DNA of 64,000 nucleotides, taken from contig JAJDCA010000066.1 of assembly GCA_029261055.1 (NCBI GenBank), positions 157 through 64,156 on the forward strand, given 5' to 3'. The translations under genes and the position numbers were made by a program. The DNA is from Candidatus Omnitrophota bacterium. GTDB lineage: Bacteria; Omnitrophota; Gorgyraeia; Zapsychrales; Zapsychraceae. Positions within the stretch are counted from its first letter, which is position 1. The number at the start of each line of letters is the position of its first letter. This document shows, in pieces, positions 1-8,624 of this stretch. A model generated the notes under the pieces. The model did not search any database. It was given only the letters and a program-made list of their open reading frames with translations, and had not been told where the DNA came from.

Positions 1-2
1 CC

Positions 3-557
3 GCAAATTTTACCTCTAATAAATCCTGGGTACGAGATTTCCGAGAAGTCACCTTCACTAACACATCAAGCAATTTAGATTCCAATGCAACATTCTTATG
101 GCATTTTGGGGATGGGGGAACTAGCACATTAAAAAACCCGAAACACACTTATCCCAAAAATACAGGTTTTACTAAACCTTATAATGTAACCCTGACAGTT
201 ATTAATCCGGGAGATAAAACAAATTCTAAATTTAAACGTAACTTTATTGAAGTTAGAACCGCAACTTCGACAGCTGTACAACCCACTGCAAATTTTATTT
301 CTGATAAAACTTGGGTAAGAAGTTTGCGGACAATAAAATTCACAAACACATCAACTAATTTAGACTCCAACACAACATTTTTATGGCATTTTGGGGATGG
401 GGGAACTAGCACATTGAAAAACCCATCGCACAAGTATCCAAAAAATACAAATATTTTGAATAGATCAAACTTCTATGATGTAACTCTAACTGTTACTAAT
501 CCGGGAAATAAAACATCTAGAAAATTTAAACACAACTTAATAGAAGTAAAAAAATAA
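3..557 (+). CDS. C-terminal part of a PKD-repeat surface protein (5' truncated by window edge)
   Basis: Frame is open from position 3 to the stop at 557; two ~95-aa units ANF.S.K.WVR...FTNTS.NLDSN.TFLWHFGDGGTSTLKNP.H.Y...Y.VTLTV.NPG carry the PKD W.FGDG signature. Confidence 0.85.
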   Translation, partial: ANFTSNKSWVRDFREVTFTNTSSNLDSNATFLWHFGDGGTSTLKNPKHTYPKNTGFTKPYNVTLTVINPGDKTNSKFKRNFIEVRTATSTAVQPTANFISDKTWVRSLRTIKFTNTSTNLDSNTTFLWHFGDGGTSTLKNPSHKYPKNTNILNRSNFYDVTLTVTNPGNKTSRKFKHNLIEVKK

Positions 558-591
558 TCAATAGTTATAAAACATCAATTTAGATTTTCTC

Positions 592-620
592 TTGCCGTAA
601 GCCGAGCGTCGATATACAAT
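592..620 (+). promoter_or_regulatory. sigma70-type promoter for xseAB (likely leaderless transcript)
   Basis: TTGCCG-17 bp-TACAAT, ending 9 nt before the ATG at 630; no Shine-Dalgarno. Confidence 0.55.
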
Positions 621-629
621 GCTCGTCTT

Positions 630-1961
630 ATGGCTGAAAAAGAATTCCTCACAGTTTCTGAACTTAACAATCTTATTAAAGATGTCGTCAATACCGGTTT
701 TCCGTATCCCGTGTGGGTCTGCGGGGAAATTCAAGGTTACAACCGTAATAGAAGTAAGAATCATATTTTCTTTGAACTTGTCGAAAAGGATGCTAAATCC
801 AAAGACTTCAAAGCCAAAATCGGTTTGGTTATCTTTGCCGGAAAAAAATTCCAAATTGCTCAAATACTACGTAAAGGGGGAAGCCCTTTTGAACTGAAAG
901 ATGATATCGAAGTTAAATTTGCCTGCAAGATTGACTTTTATGCTCCACACGGCGCGATGCGGCTTGTTGTCGAAAGCATTGATCCGGTTTATACCTTAGG
1001 AAAACTTGCCCAAGCTAAACAAAAACTTATTGCCGAACTTAAAGAGAAAGGGACTCTGGATAAAAACAAACAACAGGAATTATCTCTGGTTCCCCTTAAA
1101 ATCGGCCTGATAACATCGGATGACTCGGCTGCGTACAATGACTTTCGTTCGGAGTTGCAAAAAAGTGGATTTGGCTTTAAGATTCTTCTTCACAATGCCA
1201 CGATGCAAGGCAAAAAGACAGAGGGAGAGGTGGCCAAGGCCATCGCGACTCTCAATAAAATAAAAGATTTAGACTGTATTGTTGTGACACGCGGCGGCGG
1301 TTCGATTGCGGATTTAAGTTGTTTTGACAGTCAAAAAATTGCCGAAGCTATTGCAGATTCTAATCTGCCAGTATTAAGCGGCATCGGACATGAAATTGAT
1401 ATGAGTATTACGGATATGGCCGCTCACACGTATGCCAAAACACCGACGGCAATTGCAAAGTTTTTAATCACGCTCATCGAAGAATTTCTTACTCGTATTG
1501 ATGAATACAAAGATCGTATTTGTAATTATGCGCTTACTAAAATGGATACAGAAAAAAACCAGCTTAAAAATTCGGCCGTACGCTTACAAAATGGAACCCT
1601 GCAATATCTCAAAGATCACAATACCCAAATCATACGCTTTAGCGAAATCATACGGCAACGGCCAAATATGTTATTAAAAGATCAGCAAAAAATACTCGTC
1701 ACCCAAAGCGACGCTCTGACAAAAACAATTAAACGACGACTCGAAAATACTCAGCTACAACTGAAAAACTATCAGAAAGTAATCGATGTCCTGCATCCGG
1801 CCAATACATTAAAACGCGGATTCAGTATTACACGCAAAAAGAATGGCCAGGCCGTAAAAAGTATTTCTGATGTATCTAATAAACAAGAATTAGTCACTGA
1901 ACTCATTGATGGCACGATTGAAAGCCAAGTCGTGAGTAATCTTAAACAAGTAGGGGTTTGA
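630..1961 (+). CDS. xseA: exodeoxyribonuclease VII large subunit
   Basis: N-terminal LTVSELN..IK OB fold, VVTRGGGSIADL, LSGIGHEID, TPTA, LKRGFSI motifs. Confidence 0.96.
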   Translation: MAEKEFLTVSELNNLIKDVVNTGFPYPVWVCGEIQGYNRNRSKNHIFFELVEKDAKSKDFKAKIGLVIFAGKKFQIAQILRKGGSPFELKDDIEVKFACKIDFYAPHGAMRLVVESIDPVYTLGKLAQAKQKLIAELKEKGTLDKNKQQELSLVPLKIGLITSDDSAAYNDFRSELQKSGFGFKILLHNATMQGKKTEGEVAKAIATLNKIKDLDCIVVTRGGGSIADLSCFDSQKIAEAIADSNLPVLSGIGHEIDMSITDMAAHTYAKTPTAIAKFLITLIEEFLTRIDEYKDRICNYALTKMDTEKNQLKNSAVRLQNGTLQYLKDHNTQIIRFSEIIRQRPNMLLKDQQKILVTQSDALTKTIKRRLENTQLQLKNYQKVIDVLHPANTLKRGFSITRKKNGQAVKSISDVSNKQELVTELIDGTIESQVVSNLKQVGV

Positions 1962-2001
1962 TTAATCAAACCCAATAAAAGGACTTTAAGGAAAATACCC
2001 C

Positions 2002-2208
2002 ATGAGTGAAGTCAAATACAGTAAATCGATTAAAAAATTAGAAGAGATCATCGATAAAATCGAAAGCGAAGAAATCGATGTAGATGAACTCTCGGAAAAA
2101 GTTAAAGAGGCCGTGACACTAATCAAGACCTGCAAAGATAAAATTGAAAAAGCAGAATTGGAAGTCAAAAAAGTGGTCGATGAATTAGGGACACAAGAAA
2201 ACGATTAA
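2002..2208 (+). CDS. xseB: exodeoxyribonuclease VII small subunit
   Basis: 68 aa, LEEIIDKIE..EIDVDEL...C..KIEKAE; follows xseA. Confidence 0.93.
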   Translation: MSEVKYSKSIKKLEEIIDKIESEEIDVDELSEKVKEAVTLIKTCKDKIEKAELEVKKVVDELGTQEND

Positions 2209-2277
2209 AGCGTCATCAGACATCAGACTTCAGCCTAACATCAATGGCTGATAACTGACGACTGAAAACTGAAAGCT
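2209..2277. repeat. intergenic imperfect hairpin built from 7-mer repeats (family A)
   Basis: CATCAGA CATCAGA CTTCAGC ... GCTGATA ACTGACG ACTGAAA ACTGAAA; similar element at 35041-35102. Confidence 0.75.
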
Positions 2278-2285
2278 ATCAAAAA

Positions 2286-3188
2286 ATGCTATCAATATCT
2301 ACATCCTGGATGAGCAACCCTGAGCTGGGTATGAAACATTGGTTGAAACAAGTCAAAGACCTTGGCATTAATGCCGTTGAGCTCAGCTACAAACTATCCG
2401 TTGCACAACTCAATGAAATAGAAGAGGGCATCAAGGAACTCGACATGCACGTATCCAGCATTCACAATTTCTGCCCTTCACCCAACGATGAAATCTCACC
2501 AAGACATCTGTCTAATTATTACCGTCTATCATCTACAGACGAACACGAACGCCAGCAAGCCATCAAATGGACCAACATTGCCGTGGACACCGCCCAACGT
2601 GTTGGGGCAAAAGTAGTCGTCATTCACGCCGGAACACTCGATTTTGAAGATGAACGCTCCCCGGAATTATTTAAATTATATGTCGATGGACAAAAAGACA
2701 CCGACGCCTTCCGTGACGAACGCCAACGCATCTTAACAGTACGTCAAGAAAAAAAAGGCCCGTATATTCAAGCCCTGGAAAAAAGTTTAGACGAAGTCGT
2801 GGCCCACGCACGATCAAAAAATATTAAAATCGGTCTGGAAACACGCTATTACCCCATCGAAATCCCAAACTTTGAGGAAGTCGGCTTTTTCCTAAAGAAA
2901 TTTGATGCTGATGTAATGGGCTATTGGCACGACGTCGGCCACGCCGAAATGAACGATCGCCTCGGCATCACATCCCATTTAGACTTTTTAGAAACCTACA
3001 AAGACCGCCTCATCGGCGTCCACATCCACGGCATCAAGGGCCGAAGAGACCACCTAGCCCCGTTTGAGGGAGAGATGGACTTAAACAAATTCTTACCCTA
3101 CTTCAAACCAAATATCATCCGCGTCATCGAATCCAAACCCTTTGCGTCCGAAGAATTAATCAAAGCAGCGGTAGGGAAGTTAAAATAA
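2286..3188 (+). CDS. sugar phosphate isomerase/epimerase family TIM-barrel protein (AP_endonuc_2-like)
   Basis: SSIHNFCP, VVVIHAG, IGLETR, YWHDVGHA, GVHIHG..G.RDHLAP.EG metal-binding motifs. Confidence 0.85.
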   Translation: MLSISTSWMSNPELGMKHWLKQVKDLGINAVELSYKLSVAQLNEIEEGIKELDMHVSSIHNFCPSPNDEISPRHLSNYYRLSSTDEHERQQAIKWTNIAVDTAQRVGAKVVVIHAGTLDFEDERSPELFKLYVDGQKDTDAFRDERQRILTVRQEKKGPYIQALEKSLDEVVAHARSKNIKIGLETRYYPIEIPNFEEVGFFLKKFDADVMGYWHDVGHAEMNDRLGITSHLDFLETYKDRLIGVHIHGIKGRRDHLAPFEGEMDLNKFLPYFKPNIIRVIESKPFASEELIKAAVGKLK

Positions 3189-3284
3189 TTCTAAACGTCT
3201 AGTACTTCGAGATCTCAGCAGGTAAACAATCCGGTAAATAAATTTTAAAATTTGTTTACTGGTTTGTCGATGGTTACAACATTC

Positions 3285-3355
3285 CGACCGCGCGGTCGCA
3301 TTTCAATCCCGAGCGCAAGTTCCGAAAACCTAATCAAATCCCGAGCGCGCGCTCG
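3285..3355. repeat. pair of GC-rich 14-bp perfect palindromes plus a half copy (REP-like)
   Basis: CGACCGCGCGGTCG (3285-3298), CGAGCGCGCGCTCG (3342-3355), half copy AATCCCGAGCGC (3305-3316). Confidence 0.6.
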
Positions 3356-3822
3356 CAAATACAGATTCATCCGCAGTAAACTACTCTACAAACAGCTCAC
3401 CACAGAAACAGCCCAGGTCTAATTTCTTTCATTTGCATAAAAAGCCTGTCGCTTAGATGGATAGAAGGCATTGTAATAATTAAAAATCTAATTCTTTTTA
3501 TGTTGAATTAATTAATAAATATATCTATTACATGAGTATTAACGTATACTTGTAGTAGATCATGTAAGTAGATATCCTGTCAAAAACAGACCTCTCCATT
3601 ATTTTCCTCTTGGCCGTCTGCCAGAATTATCATCTATTTATCGGTCTCAAATTTTTACAAATGAACACAATAATTGATTGATTTGATGTGCATCGAAGGA
3701 GTATCAATACCCCTCATCTAACAGGATGTTATTGGGGGCAGGCTGCTTTGGGAGAAGGTGATTCAGTTTGGTTTGAGAGAGTACGGGGAAAAGGCAATAA
3801 ACATTAAATCGTGTTAATGAAG

Positions 3823-3902
3823 TCTCCCCGGGGCAAGCCTCGAGGAATTAAATCCGTTGGAGATTGGCTAAATAATTTGTTCAGCCAATCTCTTAATTAA
3901 AT
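3823..3902 (+). repeat. two-hairpin leader motif, copy 1
   Basis: TCTCCCCGGGGCAAGCCTCGAGGA-ATTAAATCC-..GAGATTGGCT/AGCCAATCTC-TTAATTAAAT; related copies at 51647 and 57374. Confidence 0.65.
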
Positions 3903-3919
3903 AATAAAGGAGAAAACTA

Positions 3920-4003
3920 ATGGGTGACAAAGGAAAGAAAGACAAAACAAAAAGCAATAAACAAAAACAAGATAAACAAAATAAAAAAGCAAACAAAAGC
4001 TAA
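3920..4003 (+). CDS. 27-aa Lys-rich microprotein (MGDKGKKDKTKSNKQKQDKQNKKANKS)
   Basis: Strong SD AAAGGAG 7 nt upstream of the ATG; below the ORF-track length cutoff. Confidence 0.6.
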   Translation: MGDKGKKDKTKSNKQKQDKQNKKANKS

Positions 4004-4071
4004 TAGACAAACCTCATTTAGTTTGCAGGTTGTTCCCTTGAAATTAGTTAGGCCCTTAAATCGTATACCTA

Positions 4072-4119
4072 TAAATTAAATATGGGTTGTCTACTAGTAG
4101 ACAACCCATATTTAATTTA
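4072..4119. repeat. 48-bp perfect palindrome with no spacer (possible bidirectional terminator)
   Basis: TAAATTAAATATGGGTTGTCTACT|AGTAGACAACCCATATTTAATTTA, arms are exact reverse complements. Confidence 0.85.
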
Positions 4120-4168
4120 CTGATTACCCTTAGGAAAATATATATTTTTAAGAAAGATGTGATTAATA

Positions 4169-4315
4169 ATGCCCCCTAAAAAAACAAAAAAAAATGGTCC
4201 TGTAAAAAATTTTAAAGCAGGGAGAATGTGTAAAAAGTTCGGGTGTAAACAAAAACTGAGTATTTATAACTCAGAGGAATATTGTAATGTTCATCGAGGC
4301 GAAATCTTGAGATGA
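4169..4315 (+). CDS. 48-aa putative zinc-binding microprotein (C-x4-C-x12-C-x2-H)
   Basis: MPPKKTKKNGPVKNFKAGRMCKKFGCKQKLSIYNSEEYCNVHRGEILR; stop lies 13 nt before the GT4 start. Confidence 0.65.
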   Translation: MPPKKTKKNGPVKNFKAGRMCKKFGCKQKLSIYNSEEYCNVHRGEILR

Positions 4316-4328
4316 GAAAAGATATCAA

Positions 4329-5525
4329 ATGATAAAAGCGCTAGCAAAAATAAGTGTTCTCCATGTCGCGACGCTAAATAGACCAATCAGGCAAGACTTG
4401 GGTTATGGTCCTATTGAAACGGTTATTTATAATATTGATAAAGGACTGCATAAATTAGGACAGCGTTCGATTGTTGCTTGTTCCGGTGATTCGTGTGTTG
4501 ACGGTGAACACTACACCACTATTGAAAAAAGTTTTAGTGAATATCACAGTAAAGACACGCGTATGCAGCGAGACAATATGCGTAAACATCTTCTTATGTC
4601 TCTTGAAAGAGCAAAAAAAGGCGACATTGATATTATCCATATGCATGACTCTGCCATGGTTGAATATATTTTTAAAGGAATTTTTAAAAGTCCTGTTCCT
4701 ATTGTGATGACGCTTCATGTTCCTGCCGAAGATAAAGGATCATTTCAACGTTGGAATGAATCGCTGCTTGCTTCTTCTGCCGCATATTTTGTTCCCATCA
4801 GTGAATATCAGAAAAAACAACATCAGGGCTTAGTCAACGCACAGAAGGTTATTCATCACGGTGTTGATGTGGCAGACTATCCGTACAAAAGTAATATTCG
4901 GAAATACGATTATTTGTTTTCAATCGGAAGAATCACCCAGGATAAAGGGCAGGATAAAGCTATTAAGATTGCAAAAAAAACAGGTTCGCGGCTTATCCTT
5001 GCCGGGAATATTCAGAACAAAGCAAAAGACCGGGCATTCTTTAAGGAATTGGAAAAATCAATTGACCTTGTGACGGACGTAAGCAAACCTTGTGCCCCGG
5101 ACGAGTATTATGAAAAAGTCATGAAACCCATTTTAGACTCAGACAATCAGATTATCTATATCGGCGAAGTTACTAGTGAGCAAAAGAAGTTGTGGTACAG
5201 TCACGCCCGAGCGACACTCTTTACTATTCAATGGGGCGAACCTTTTGGGCTTGTTTTGATAGAATCTATGGCTTGCGGAACCCCAGTGCTCGCATTCAAT
5301 AAAGGCTCGGTTCCCGAAATTGTTGTTCATGGTAAAACAGGATTTGTTGAGGACTCAATGGATGGCATGATTGAGGCTGTTAGGTCAATTCAGCTTATAA
5401 AATCCAAGGATTGTCGTAATCACATTAAAAATAATTTTTCAATTACGAGTATGGCTGAAAAATATTCCAAGTTATATCAGCAAATTATGGATGAAAGGAC
5501 GTCATGCCTAAAGATATCCCAGTAA
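4329..5525 (+). CDS. glycosyltransferase family 4 (GT-B)
   Basis: GYGPIE, IGRITQDKG, WGEPFGLVLIESMACGTPV..GSVPEIV..G.TGF. Confidence 0.92.
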   Translation: MIKALAKISVLHVATLNRPIRQDLGYGPIETVIYNIDKGLHKLGQRSIVACSGDSCVDGEHYTTIEKSFSEYHSKDTRMQRDNMRKHLLMSLERAKKGDIDIIHMHDSAMVEYIFKGIFKSPVPIVMTLHVPAEDKGSFQRWNESLLASSAAYFVPISEYQKKQHQGLVNAQKVIHHGVDVADYPYKSNIRKYDYLFSIGRITQDKGQDKAIKIAKKTGSRLILAGNIQNKAKDRAFFKELEKSIDLVTDVSKPCAPDEYYEKVMKPILDSDNQIIYIGEVTSEQKKLWYSHARATLFTIQWGEPFGLVLIESMACGTPVLAFNKGSVPEIVVHGKTGFVEDSMDGMIEAVRSIQLIKSKDCRNHIKNNFSITSMAEKYSKLYQQIMDERTSCLKISQ

Positions 5526-7465
5526 GCAACGGATCATTTCTTTTAAATTTTGATTCGGATTATCAAATTCGGGATATTTATTTCCCTTTTATTGGTCAGG
5601 AAAATCATTCCAGTGGACGTCCTTTTATTTTTGGTGTCTGGGTAGACGGGCATTATTCGAAAATGGGGCCGGATTGGACAAAAGATTTAAGATATCATAA
5701 CAATAGTCTTGTAACAGATGTCTTTTTAAAAAATGAAGTTTTAGGGCTGGAGTTGCGATGTTCAGATGTAGTAGATATGGATTTGAATATATATATTAAG
5801 AAAATTGAAGTGATCAATCTCAAAGATGAAGATCGTCAAGTTCGACTTTTTTTTAGTCATGAATTTAATCTTTATGGTAATGGCATTGGAGGGACGGCTT
5901 ATTTTGATCCTCGAACGTGTTCGATTATTCACTACAAAGTCCATCGATATTTTTTGATCAGCTGTTGGGCGCATGATAAATGGGGTGTACAGCATTTTGC
6001 TTGTGGAAGAAGAGAAGCTTCAGGAGAATTGGAAACACTCAAAGAAGCAGAAAATGGAGAGCTTATTGGAGATGCCTGTGCATGGGGATCACCGCATTCT
6101 ACCATTGGTATTTGGTTGGACGTGCCTGCGAAGGGAACAACAGATGCTTATTATTGGATGGCAGCGGGTACGACGTATTCAGATGTTGCAAACCTTAATT
6201 TACAAGTTCATGAAAAAACACCAGAAAAGCTCATCAGTCGTTCATCAAAATATTGGAGAACTTGGGTTCATAAGGATTCATTACAGCTTGAAAGTTTGCC
6301 TGATTCCGTAACACATATTTTTAATCGAAGTTTGCTTATATTACGGACACAAATTGATAACGGTGGAGCTATTATAGCGGCCAATGATTCAGACATTATT
6401 CGTTTTGGAAAAGACACTTATTCGTATATGTGGGGGCGTGATGGTGCTTTTGTTGCCGCTGCCTTAGCAAAGGCCGGTTATTCGCATGCGTGTATGAAAT
6501 ATTTTGATTTTTGTGCGCGCGCTTTAACAGACGAAGGGTATTTATTTCAACATTACAATCCAGATGGTTCTCTTGCGAGTAATTGGCATTCTTGGTTGGT
6601 CGAGGGTAAAGAAGTTCTTCCTATTCAGGAAGACTCGACGGCTTTAACTCTTTGGGCCCTTTGGATTCACTACGAGAGTTTGAAAGATATAGAATTTATT
6701 AGGCCTCTTTACAATAGTCTCATTAGAAAAGCTGCAGATTTTTTAGTCAGTTATCTAGATCCTCAGACAATGTTGCCGTTACCTTCCTATGATTTATGGG
6801 AAGAGCGTTATGCACTGCATACTTATACCGTTGCTTCCGTGATTGCCGGATTAAGAGCGGCTTCGAATTTTGCAAAAATATTTGAAGATGCTTCTTTGGC
6901 GCAAGAGTATGACTCTGTTGCCGAAGAAATGACGGAAGGGATCAAGAAACATCTTTACCATGATGGCTTAAAGCGATATGCCCGTTCGGGCTCCAGAATA
7001 GAAGGAGGGTATAAGCTTAATGAAGTCATTGATATCAGTTTATTAAGCTTGGCAACTCTTGGAGTTTTGGATCCTAAAGATCCACGCATGGTTGAAACAG
7101 CTAACGCTGTACGTGAACAATTGTGGCTTAAAACTTCTGTTGAAGGTTGCGCCAGATATCAGGGGGATGTTTACCAACGTGCGGAAGATAGTCCCAAAGA
7201 TATTCCTGGGAATCCATGGTTTATTTCAACATTATGGCTGGCAGAATATTTTATTGATCAGGCAGAGAATCAAGAACAGCTTCAAGAAACCCTTCCTTAT
7301 CTTGAATGGTGCGGAAAAAATGCACTTCCTTCCGGCGTGCTTGCTGAACAGGTGCATCCTGTGAGTGGCGCACCTCTTTGTGTCTCACCTCTTACGTGGA
7401 GCCATTCGGCTTTTGTTTGGACTGTTCTAAGATACACCGAGAAACACAAAACACTTAAGAAATAG
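5504..7465 (+). CDS. glycoside hydrolase family 15 (glucoamylase-like)
   Basis: GAIIAA, YSYMWGRDG, PSYDLWEE, LAEQV.P..G.P..VSPLTWSH; overlaps GT4. Confidence 0.93.
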   Translation: MPKDIPVSNGSFLLNFDSDYQIRDIYFPFIGQENHSSGRPFIFGVWVDGHYSKMGPDWTKDLRYHNNSLVTDVFLKNEVLGLELRCSDVVDMDLNIYIKKIEVINLKDEDRQVRLFFSHEFNLYGNGIGGTAYFDPRTCSIIHYKVHRYFLISCWAHDKWGVQHFACGRREASGELETLKEAENGELIGDACAWGSPHSTIGIWLDVPAKGTTDAYYWMAAGTTYSDVANLNLQVHEKTPEKLISRSSKYWRTWVHKDSLQLESLPDSVTHIFNRSLLILRTQIDNGGAIIAANDSDIIRFGKDTYSYMWGRDGAFVAAALAKAGYSHACMKYFDFCARALTDEGYLFQHYNPDGSLASNWHSWLVEGKEVLPIQEDSTALTLWALWIHYESLKDIEFIRPLYNSLIRKAADFLVSYLDPQTMLPLPSYDLWEERYALHTYTVASVIAGLRAASNFAKIFEDASLAQEYDSVAEEMTEGIKKHLYHDGLKRYARSGSRIEGGYKLNEVIDISLLSLATLGVLDPKDPRMVETANAVREQLWLKTSVEGCARYQGDVYQRAEDSPKDIPGNPWFISTLWLAEYFIDQAENQEQLQETLPYLEWCGKNALPSGVLAEQVHPVSGAPLCVSPLTWSHSAFVWTVLRYTEKHKTLKK

Positions 7466-7489
7466 AATTAGTCATAGGAGAATTGATTT

Positions 7490-8119
7490 ATGCATTCAGA
7501 CGAAGCGGTGTTTGATCGATGCAGTCAACATATTTCTAACGATAATTATTCCGTCATTGATCAATTCTTAACTTCCGAGGAAGTATCGGATATTTTGGTT
7601 GGCGTGGAGAATAAATATTCTCAAGACAAATTTAAAAAAGCAGGGGTTGGACAAAATGATGATTACAACAACACTTCTCAAGTGAGAGGAGATTTGATTT
7701 ATTGGATTGATTCTCAAAAAGTGTTTGAACTTAAACGACGATTTCTTCCATATCTTAATAAGTTTATAACCCATTTAAATCAAAAGTGTTTTTTGTCGAT
7801 TAAAGATTACGAAATGCATTATTCTGTGTATCCAAAAGGAACGTATTATAAGCGACATCTGGATCAATTCAAAAAGGATGATAATCGCGTTCTTACATTC
7901 ATTTGTTATTTAAATTTTGATTGGAGAAAAGGTGATGGAGGCGATTTACGGCTTTATACCAATCAAAAAAATACCGATGCTCAATATATAGATATCTTGC
8001 CTGAAGCAGGCCGTTTTGTTTGTTTTAAAAGTGATGTTTTAGAGCATGAAGTTTTAGTCACAAACAAAACACGATATAGTTTGACTGGATGGATGCTAAC
8101 ACGCGCCATGGATTCGTAA
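7490..8119 (+). CDS. 2OG-Fe(II) oxygenase, prolyl-4-hydroxylase/SM-20-like
   Basis: VRGD.I.W, YYKRHLD (HxD), LTFICYLN..W...GG.LR, HEV...RYSLTGW. Confidence 0.9.
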   Translation: MHSDEAVFDRCSQHISNDNYSVIDQFLTSEEVSDILVGVENKYSQDKFKKAGVGQNDDYNNTSQVRGDLIYWIDSQKVFELKRRFLPYLNKFITHLNQKCFLSIKDYEMHYSVYPKGTYYKRHLDQFKKDDNRVLTFICYLNFDWRKGDGGDLRLYTNQKNTDAQYIDILPEAGRFVCFKSDVLEHEVLVTNKTRYSLTGWMLTRAMDS

Positions 8120-8394
8120 TGATTAAAATTCTGGGGTGGAAATAATCGTGTCGTTTCTCATAACTCAATATATCACAAGTATTTTTGAGTAATTAATGTA
8201 AACCGTGGCAAATTTTGAATTAACGATATCTTTCGCTTTTTGATAAAGTTGTCGCCATGTCCCGAGTGTAATGCCCCATTAATTACCGATATTCCAACTA
8301 CCTCAAAAACTCCACCCCGAAGAAAAAATTATTCCGGAAATAAAAATTTTACTTTTCATTCAACTTTTTAAATGTTATGATTTCAACTAATATT

Positions 8395-8471
8395 GCGCCT
8401 GTAGCTCAGCTGGATAGAGCACCTGCCTTCGGAGCAGGGTGTCGGGGGTTCGAATCCTCCCAGGCGCGCCA
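8395..8471 (+). tRNA. tRNA-Arg(TCG)
   Basis: Acceptor GCGCCTG/CAGGCGC, anticodon arm CCTGC-CTTCGGA-GCAGG, GGTTCGAATCC T arm, encoded CCA. Confidence 0.96.
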
Positions 8472-8624
8472 GTCTTCGCCAAAGAGCTTTCGCATTTGGC
8501 TTCGTCTGGCTTTGCCTGATATAAGTAAAATCGCTGCGGCAAGAATGAATTCGTATCAACGGAAAAATCCTGGCGAAAATACTTTGATCATTTCAATTAT
8601 GCCTGTAGGCTAAATCACTAAAAA

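Noticed and set aside
3270-3422. 50-aa ORF MVTTFRPRGR...TETAQV
   Set aside because: No SD and no recognisable family; largely a translation of the palindromes.
3521-3790. Possible structured ncRNA (TATCTATTACATGA/TCATGTAAGTAGATA stem and other partial pairings)
   Set aside because: No match to an RNA family I can recognise; pairings cannot be distinguished from chance without folding and covariation analysis.
8133-8317. GGGGTGGA ... TCCACCCC inverted ends suggesting a MITE
   Set aside because: Only 8 bp, single copy, no clear target-site duplication.
3421-8471. tRNA-Arg-anchored integrative island
   Set aside because: The block lies 5' of the tRNA, with no duplicated tRNA 3' end and no integrase.
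8377-8613. 78-aa ORF, and likewise ORFs at 41855-42168
   Set aside because: They overlap tRNA genes; only the GIY-YIG stub from 42061 is retained.
8472-8624. Glycine riboswitch expected upstream of gcvT
   Set aside because: No glycine aptamer consensus is visible; the space is taken by the tRNA trailer.
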